Source: Bdellovibrio sp.
GTDB taxonomy: Bacteria; Bdellovibrionota; Bdellovibrionia; Bdellovibrionales; Bdellovibrionaceae
DNA: 64,000 nt
Direction of reading: 5' to 3'
Assembly: GCA_036676395.1 (NCBI GenBank)
Contig: JAKFCY010000002.1
Location: 1,280,001 to 1,344,000, forward strand
The notes beneath the pieces were generated by a model that saw only the letters and a list, made by a program, of their open reading frames with translations, was not told the DNA's origin and made no database searches. The position numbers and the translations under genes were made by a program. Numbering within the stretch: position 1 is the stretch's first letter; each line of letters starts with the position of its first letter. Of this stretch, positions 57,930 to 64,000 are shown in pieces.

Positions 57930-57992
57930 CAAAAAGATATTAGTTCTAAGTAAGAGTGAGTTGGGTTTTGGTGGTTCCCTAACTTAATCTTC

Positions 57993-58027
57993 AGCGGAAA
58001 GCCTAAAAAGCTTTCCGCTTTTTTTTT
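57993..58027 (+). terminator. Intrinsic terminator
   Basis: AGCGGAAAGC-CTAAAAA-GCTTTCCGCT followed by a long T-run. Confidence 0.88.
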
Positions 58028-58054
58028 GCCTTTTTTTCATGTAGATATATTCAT

Positions 58055-59062
58055 ATGAAACTTTCTGACCTACGTTTTGATTATCCTGAAGAACTTATAG
58101 CTACAAGTCCATCGCGCCCAACGCGAGTAATGCTTGTGGACACAAGCGGTCAGCCAAGCGAAATAACAATTTCACAATTAATCGAACAAATTCCGGCAGG
58201 CGATGTTTTAGTTTTAAACGACACCAAAGTTTTAAAAAGACGGGTATTTGTGCGGACGGCTGAGTCCGATGATCTAGAAATTCTTTTCTTAGAAGAATTG
58301 CCAGACGGTACCCAAAAAGTTTTATTTCCTTCAAAAAAATATAAAGTTAACGACGAGATCACTTTACCTAATGGCGCTAAAATGAAGCTTTTAGAAAAAG
58401 GACTTCCGCAAATCGTTCAAGTTAGGCCTCGATTAACTGAAGCTGATTTTGATAGATTCGGCGAATTGCCGCTGCCGCCATATATTCAAAAAGCCCGCGA
58501 TGCCCGCCATAACGTACAAGCTGATGAAAGCTGGTATCAGACAGCTTGGGCACAAAACCCCGGAAGTTTCGCGGCACCCACGGCAAGTCTGCATTTTAGT
58601 GAGGCCGATTTAAAAAAACTTGAAGCTAAAGGCGTAAAAGTTTTAAAAATCACTCTGCATGTGGGGCTTGGAACTTTTCTGCCGGTAAAAACCGAAAATT
58701 TAAATGATCACAAAATGCATGCTGAAGTTTACGAAGTTTCAAAAGCTGTTTGGGATCAAATCGAAAAAGCAAAGGCTGCGCAACATAAGGTTTGGGCCTT
58801 GGGTACGACAGTCACACGCACCCTAGAAACGGTCGCCCGTACAAAAGAATTGTCTGGTTCATCAGAAATTTTATTACAAGTGGGCAGTGATTTTTTAGTG
58901 GTCGACCGCTTGATGACAAATTTTCATCAACCAGAATCAACATTGCTCGCACTGGTGTCTGGATTTTCTACGTTAGAAAATGTAAAGAAAAATTATGCCT
59001 GGGCCATCGAGCGCAAATTCAAACTTTTCAGCTACGGCGATTTCTCGGTCTGGAAAAGGTAG
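58055..59062 (+). CDS. queA: S-adenosylmethionine:tRNA ribosyltransferase-isomerase
   Basis: FDYPEELIA, GELPLPPYI, YQT..A..PGS.AAPTASLHF, LHVGLGTF, TNFH.P.STL, FSYGD. Confidence 0.95.
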   Translation: MKLSDLRFDYPEELIATSPSRPTRVMLVDTSGQPSEITISQLIEQIPAGDVLVLNDTKVLKRRVFVRTAESDDLEILFLEELPDGTQKVLFPSKKYKVNDEITLPNGAKMKLLEKGLPQIVQVRPRLTEADFDRFGELPLPPYIQKARDARHNVQADESWYQTAWAQNPGSFAAPTASLHFSEADLKKLEAKGVKVLKITLHVGLGTFLPVKTENLNDHKMHAEVYEVSKAVWDQIEKAKAAQHKVWALGTTVTRTLETVARTKELSGSSEILLQVGSDFLVVDRLMTNFHQPESTLLALVSGFSTLENVKKNYAWAIERKFKLFSYGDFSVWKR

Positions 59063-59070
59063 TTATTTTC

Positions 59071-61671
59071 CTATCGGTAGTTCATAGACACGTTGTGAAT
59101 CGCATCGAATAACAGTTTTTTCTTAATGGGCTTCGATAACAAGGTTACATCATCAAATGTTTTTGCGGTTTTTGCGGTGTAATCTAATAAATCGGCCGTG
59201 ACTAGAATAACCGGAATCGGCTTAATGTTACGATGTCTTTCATAGGTGCGAATTTTTTCTAGCAGTTCAAAGCCATCCATGTTTGGCATGCGCACATCTA
59301 AGATTAATAAATCCGGAAGTTTTTTTTCAAAACTTTGCCAAGCGGTCTCACCGTCGTAATTGTAATTCACTTGCCAGGTGGATTTAGCAAAATAAGCCTT
59401 ATACAGCTCGATATTGCCATGATCATCATCGGCTACGATAATTGATAGATCTTCTTTAGGTACAACGACTGGCATGTTAGCTAGCGCTGAAGGATCGGTA
59501 CTTTTTCGCAATTGGTCTGAAGATAAATGTTTGCGATGACGACTGCGACTGGTGAAGCCATTAGCGGTTAACAATTCATACGGCAAAAAAGGTGCATTAC
59601 TTAAATGATTAATATTTAAGTGCCCCCACGTTTGCTGGATCTTGCCTTGGCCTAAAACGAACACATGGCGGCCAAATGTTTTAGACAAAATATCAAGATC
59701 CATTTGAGCCGTTTCAGGATCATGCACAAACCAATAGTTACGATTCGTGTCAGTCAGTAATAATACTTTGGCAAAGTCTTCAGTGATAAAAATAACTTCT
59801 TCAATATTCGGATGCGAAGCTAAAGCCGAGAATGATTTTTGTAATTGTGGATCAGTCGACAATAGCACGGCTGTGTACTTGGTGGTGTCATGAGTTTTGT
59901 AAATTTCGTACCAGTTCACACGGTCTGGGCGGTTAAGCTCTAACTCTACCGAGAACACGGATCCTTTTTTAAGCGTCGATTGCACTGAAATTTTTCCGTG
60001 CATTTTTTTAATAATATCTTTAACGATAGATAAGCCAAGACCTACGCCACCTTCGGCATAGGTTTTTGAATTTTCTACCTGAAAGAACGCATCAAAAACT
60101 TTGCTGACCTTATCAGAAGGAATACCAATACCTGTATCTTTGATTTCAAATTTTAATTGGACACGGTTTGAAATTAAACTTTCAGTGGCCTGCACTGCTA
60201 AAATCACATGACCTGCTAAGGTGTATTTGCTGGCGTTGCGTAATAAGTTAATTAAAACCTGGCGTAAGCGGTTTGGATCAGCGATCACGCAAGCGGGCAT
60301 CGACTTATCTAAGTGCAGATAAATTTTAAGACCTTTTGATTTACAATCCTGACCGGCTAGTTTTACGACATCTCCTAAGAATTGCGCCATATAGATAGTG
60401 CGCTCCTGAAAGGTCATTTCATTTTTTTCAGCTTGGGCTAATTCGATCAAATCATCCATCATTGAAAGCAGATGTTCGCCCGAGGTGTGCATAGTTTTAA
60501 GATAGTTTTGCACGACATTGTCGACATTCACTTCGCTACAAAGATCGATCATGCCTAATATTAGATTTAGCGGCGTCCTGATCTCGTGACTGATCTTACC
60601 GAAAAAATGCGCTTTACTGTTCAGGGCTTGTTGCAGATCATGCGCTGTTTTTTCTAAAGCTAAGGTTTTTGCGACAATCAATTTATTTGCCAAGCGATTT
60701 TGATTAATTAAAGTGTAAAATAAATATGAGATCACCAGAGTTAACAAAAAGCCAAGTGCCGCCGCTGATTTTTCAGGTGACAAAAAGTTTGTTCGCATTG
60801 GTGCATAACGAAAATCAATAGATAAATCGATATTTGATTGCGGCAATGAATTTGTAAAGCGCACACTAGTTATATTTAAATTGGGCTTGTCGGTGTATTT
60901 AGAAAGAATTTTTTTACCGTTGATATTTTGAATTAACCACGACGTTTCGCTGTTTTCAGCTTTGACGATGATACTATTTAAGTCAGCTAAAATAGTATGA
61001 TTAAATAAACTAGATAACGGAGTCGTAAAAAGAAAATAAATCTTACGATGAACACGCGACCGTAAGACAACTGATAAATAAGGTCGATCATTGGATTCAA
61101 AAACTAATGTTGTCAAAAGACCTGAGGTTTTTTTCAAATCTTTGATAATATTTTTGATGTCATTTGATTGTAAGTAACTTGAAGGTACATTGGGTATAGT
61201 CGAATCGGGGGTATTTACACGAAGCAGGGCCTTATACTTATTGCCTTGCTCCTGAATAATTGTCATGCGCTGAAATAATGTATGCCTCAGTACTAAATCT
61301 AAGTACGGTTCATCTTTAGTGTAATTGATTGGGCGGTCTTCAAGGTTTGCTTCATAACTTTGAATTTTTAAAATACTATTTGTTAATAACAAATCTATTT
61401 TGGTTAACTCTTCGCGTGCGGTTTGGCTAAATACTGATTTTTGAATGAAGTCATCACGCTGTTTTAAATGAGCGTAAATATAGTAGGTTAAGCCGAAGCC
61501 GAAAATAAGAGTCAATACCGGAGCCCACAAAACAATTTTTTGCAGTTGGGTAATTCTGTGACTTATTGACATGATGACACGGTTGGAAAATCGATTTGAA
61601 GCTTTCATCTGTATTAATCTTAGATGAAGATATGTGATATTAATAATAATTTCATTTGAAGAAATCTTCAA
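59071..61671 (-). CDS. Membrane hybrid sensor kinase (periplasmic sensor, HisKA, HATPase, receiver)
   Basis: Two TM helices, SHEIRTPL, NL..NA.KYT, DTGIGI, GVGLGL, C-terminal ADDD/LDVRMP/KP; true start probably 61572 or 61608. Confidence 0.9.
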   Translation of the reverse strand: MKISSNEIIINITYLHLRLIQMKASNRFSNRVIMSISHRITQLQKIVLWAPVLTLIFGFGLTYYIYAHLKQRDDFIQKSVFSQTAREELTKIDLLLTNSILKIQSYEANLEDRPINYTKDEPYLDLVLRHTLFQRMTIIQEQGNKYKALLRVNTPDSTIPNVPSSYLQSNDIKNIIKDLKKTSGLLTTLVFESNDRPYLSVVLRSRVHRKIYFLFTTPLSSLFNHTILADLNSIIVKAENSETSWLIQNINGKKILSKYTDKPNLNITSVRFTNSLPQSNIDLSIDFRYAPMRTNFLSPEKSAAALGFLLTLVISYLFYTLINQNRLANKLIVAKTLALEKTAHDLQQALNSKAHFFGKISHEIRTPLNLILGMIDLCSEVNVDNVVQNYLKTMHTSGEHLLSMMDDLIELAQAEKNEMTFQERTIYMAQFLGDVVKLAGQDCKSKGLKIYLHLDKSMPACVIADPNRLRQVLINLLRNASKYTLAGHVILAVQATESLISNRVQLKFEIKDTGIGIPSDKVSKVFDAFFQVENSKTYAEGGVGLGLSIVKDIIKKMHGKISVQSTLKKGSVFSVELELNRPDRVNWYEIYKTHDTTKYTAVLLSTDPQLQKSFSALASHPNIEEVIFITEDFAKVLLLTDTNRNYWFVHDPETAQMDLDILSKTFGRHVFVLGQGKIQQTWGHLNINHLSNAPFLPYELLTANGFTSRSRHRKHLSSDQLRKSTDPSALANMPVVVPKEDLSIIVADDDHGNIELYKAYFAKSTWQVNYNYDGETAWQSFEKKLPDLLILDVRMPNMDGFELLEKIRTYERHRNIKPIPVILVTADLLDYTAKTAKTFDDVTLLSKPIKKKLLFDAIHNVSMNYR

Positions 61672-61757
61672 ATGACCTTCAAACGTCCTTTATTTGGACA
61701 TGATTAACTATTTGACGGGGAATAAACGCGTCATGATGGCGCTAATTGAGGGGTATA

Positions 61758-62159
61758 ATGCAATTTCAAGATGTATTGGTAAAATTTAAAAAAGTTAAGG
61801 ATTTTGACCCAAGTGGCCTGTTGCAGCTTAAGGAAGACACCGATGAATCCGTGGCCATTAAGATCTTAGCCCGCTTTTTTATCACTCTTGAAGAATCGCT
61901 GAATCATGTCGCCGCAAGCCTAAACAGTGGCGAATTAGCTGAAGTCTCGAAAGGTTCGCATAAAATTGCAGGTAGTGCTGACTTGGTTGGATTTGCGGTT
62001 TTCGCGCAAAAATCGCGAAAAATTTCTCGCGATGTAAAAACATTGCCTGAAATGTCTTCTGCAGATTTGCATCACGAAGTTGTCGATTATCTGAGTGATG
62101 GCAAATTAATGTTAGGTCAGATGAAAGAAGCTTTTCCTGACTACAAAAAATGTATCTAA
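61758..62159 (+). CDS. Hpt phosphotransfer domain protein
   Basis: SHKIAGSADLVG Hpt motif; SD GAGGGG. Confidence 0.8.
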   Translation: MQFQDVLVKFKKVKDFDPSGLLQLKEDTDESVAIKILARFFITLEESLNHVAASLNSGELAEVSKGSHKIAGSADLVGFAVFAQKSRKISRDVKTLPEMSSADLHHEVVDYLSDGKLMLGQMKEAFPDYKKCI

Positions 62160-62167
62160 AATAAAAC

Positions 62168-62866
62168 TTAAGATTCTTTAACTTCGATTTTATATCCGGC
62201 ACCTAAAACAGTTTCAACTTTTGCGGTGCTTGAAGATATTTTTTTACGAAGATGAGAAATATGGGCATCGACAGTACGCTCGGTAATATGTTTAGCAATA
62301 CCCCAGACATGATCGATCAAATAATCACGCGAATAAACCTGGCCTGGACGAGTCGAGAGAATTTTTAAAAGTTTAAATTCAGACGGCGTTAAATCCACAT
62401 TTTCAACCTTGTCAGCAACTTGAATTTGCACGCTCATTTTATCAGAATCGATAATCAGGTTTCCGATTTTAATATGTTGGCTGTCTTTTGCCTGTGCCTG
62501 CGCTGTGCGAAGTCTGGCTTCAATGCGAGCTTTTAATTCTGCAGAATGAGGTGGTTTAACGATATAATCATCGGCACCAACGCCGAAGGCGGCGACTTTG
62601 CTTAAAATATCATTGTCGGCGCTTAAGATAATAATCGGGATGTTTTTAGCGCTAAAGGCATCTTTAAACTGGCTGAGGGCTTTGATCCCGTTACCATCTG
62701 GCAGCGATACATCCAAAAGGATCAAATCAAAACTTTCGCGGCCATTTTGCACGTATTTAAAGGCATCGTTTAATGTAGGTGCGAAAGACAACGTATGGTC
62801 TTTTAAAACCGATGTGAGGTAAACCACAAAGTCCTGACTGTCTTCGATACAGAGTATTTTTGCCAT
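62168..62866 (-). CDS. OmpR/PhoB-family response regulator
   Basis: IEDS, LLDVSLPDGNG, GADDYIVKP; wHTH LTPSEF...RTVDAHI. Confidence 0.92.
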   Translation of the reverse strand: MAKILCIEDSQDFVVYLTSVLKDHTLSFAPTLNDAFKYVQNGRESFDLILLDVSLPDGNGIKALSQFKDAFSAKNIPIIILSADNDILSKVAAFGVGADDYIVKPPHSAELKARIEARLRTAQAQAKDSQHIKIGNLIIDSDKMSVQIQVADKVENVDLTPSEFKLLKILSTRPGQVYSRDYLIDHVWGIAKHITERTVDAHISHLRKKISSSTAKVETVLGAGYKIEVKES

Positions 62867-63002
62867 AAAATTAACCAACCTCAATAGGAACGTATTTAGA
62901 GGAAAAAATACCGTGGTTTTGCGTATTCATCAAACGTTTTTAATTCTAATCCCAAATTTACCCCACACACTTAATAGTAAGGCATACATCAAGGAGGAAT
63001 AT

Positions 63003-63380
63003 ATGACTATTAACTTACATTTTTCTCACGTCGAGGTCCCAGATTATCTACGTTACAACATTGAAGGTTACGTGACCGAAATGATCGGAGAACTGGCCCA
63101 GAAACCAAATTTATTCGTAGATTTGTTCTGTAAAAAAGAAGTTGTATCTAAAAACCACGGAGAAAAATTTAAATGTCACATAGAGGCGCACGCCCCTTGG
63201 TTGAACAAAAAAATATACGTGCAAACCACGGGCGATGAGTGCTGGGAGACCATCACCAAAGCGTCCGGAATCATGAAACGTAAATTATTTAGTCAGAAAA
63301 AATCTGATCATAGAAGAAGAGCGAGAGCGGATTGGAGTCTTGAACAGACAGACAGTAACGAACAAGAATTAGCAATTTAA
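63003..63380 (+). CDS. HPF/RaiA-like ribosome-associated protein (divergent)
   Basis: MTINLHFSHVEVPDYLRYNIE...FKCHIE pattern and size fit the HPF fold; SD AGGAGG. Confidence 0.5.
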   Translation: MTINLHFSHVEVPDYLRYNIEGYVTEMIGELAQKPNLFVDLFCKKEVVSKNHGEKFKCHIEAHAPWLNKKIYVQTTGDECWETITKASGIMKRKLFSQKKSDHRRRARADWSLEQTDSNEQELAI

Positions 63381-63424
63381 GATGAGCAAACCTTAAAGCA
63401 ACTCTTGTTGAAAGAGAGTGTGTT

Positions 63425-63835
63425 ATGATTTACAGAATCTTAATTATCGAAGATGATTTGGCCTATAAGCCACTCTGGGCAGATATTCTGCGCAGACACT
63501 TGGGTGATCATATTGCTGATATTTGTTGGGCTGTTAGTGCTGAAGAAGCGCGTATTCAATACGAAAAATCTATCGCCACGAAACAGTATTTCGATTTCAT
63601 TATCACAGATGTATTCTTAGCGGGCTCAGACACAGGTCTGGATTTCGTCGAAAACATTTTCGCTGATGATCAAGAAGCCCCTCCCATTATCTTGATTTCA
63701 TCGGTCGATAAAGAAGAAGTCGAAGACATCGTGAATACAGATTCACGTCGTGTTGAAGTTTTAACAAAACCAATTAATGCAAGTCAGTTTAAAGAAGTTA
63801 TGAACCGAATTACCGAAAACCGAAGGGCGATTTAA
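63425..63835 (+). CDS. Single-domain receiver protein
   Basis: ILIIEDD, IITDVFL...TG.D, KP. Confidence 0.8.
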   Translation: MIYRILIIEDDLAYKPLWADILRRHLGDHIADICWAVSAEEARIQYEKSIATKQYFDFIITDVFLAGSDTGLDFVENIFADDQEAPPIILISSVDKEEVEDIVNTDSRRVEVLTKPINASQFKEVMNRITENRRAI

Positions 63836-63837
63836 GT

Positions 63838-64000
63838 ATGTCAGTTGATACTTCACAAAAAATTGTACTGATCACCGGATGTGCCACGGGGCTTGGAAAA
63901 GCCCTTGTGGAGACCTTAGGCCGAAACCCGCAATATAAAATTATTGCAACGGCACGGGCGCATCGTCTGGATGACATGCGAGCAATGTTTGTTGAGTCAG
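63838..64000 (+). CDS. Short-chain dehydrogenase/reductase, 5' part (runs off window)
   Basis: MSVDTSQKIVLITGCATGLGKAL...IIATAR (TGxxxGxG). Confidence 0.8.
   Translation, partial: MSVDTSQKIVLITGCATGLGKALVETLGRNPQYKIIATARAHRLDDMRAMFVES

Overview
AT-rich bacterial chromosomal segment whose gene content suggests a predatory Bdellovibrionales-type organism (inference). The supporting genes are two giant S74-chaperone fibre adhesins of the mosaic adhesive trimer type, a TIGR02147/DUF4423 regulator, many secreted hydrolases and FliA-type promoters. The window starts inside an Rhs gene with a short basic tip followed by a Sel1 protein. Next come a nemA-TetR-YciI-DoxX operon, a divergent PEP carboxylase, the two fibre genes, and a CotH kinase coupled to a VanY-CapA fusion. 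These are followed by lysC, several secreted proteases, a HEAT-repeat protein with a HEPN-like tail, tRNA-Leu(GAG), queA and two signalling clusters. No CRISPR array, integrase, transposase or reverse transcriptase was seen. The strongest new leads are three. (1) A lipoprotein with (DKDQ)n Gln/Lys arrays lies close to a GP42-type transglutaminase and a subtilase, a candidate surface protein cross-linking system. (2) An unannotated structured RNA with CsrA-type ANGGA hairpins leads into a 33-aa membrane peptide upstream of queA. (3) A near-identical sigma54 promoter plus leaderless signal-peptide cassette is fused to two unrelated secreted genes. All family calls come from motifs read by eye; no database searches were run.
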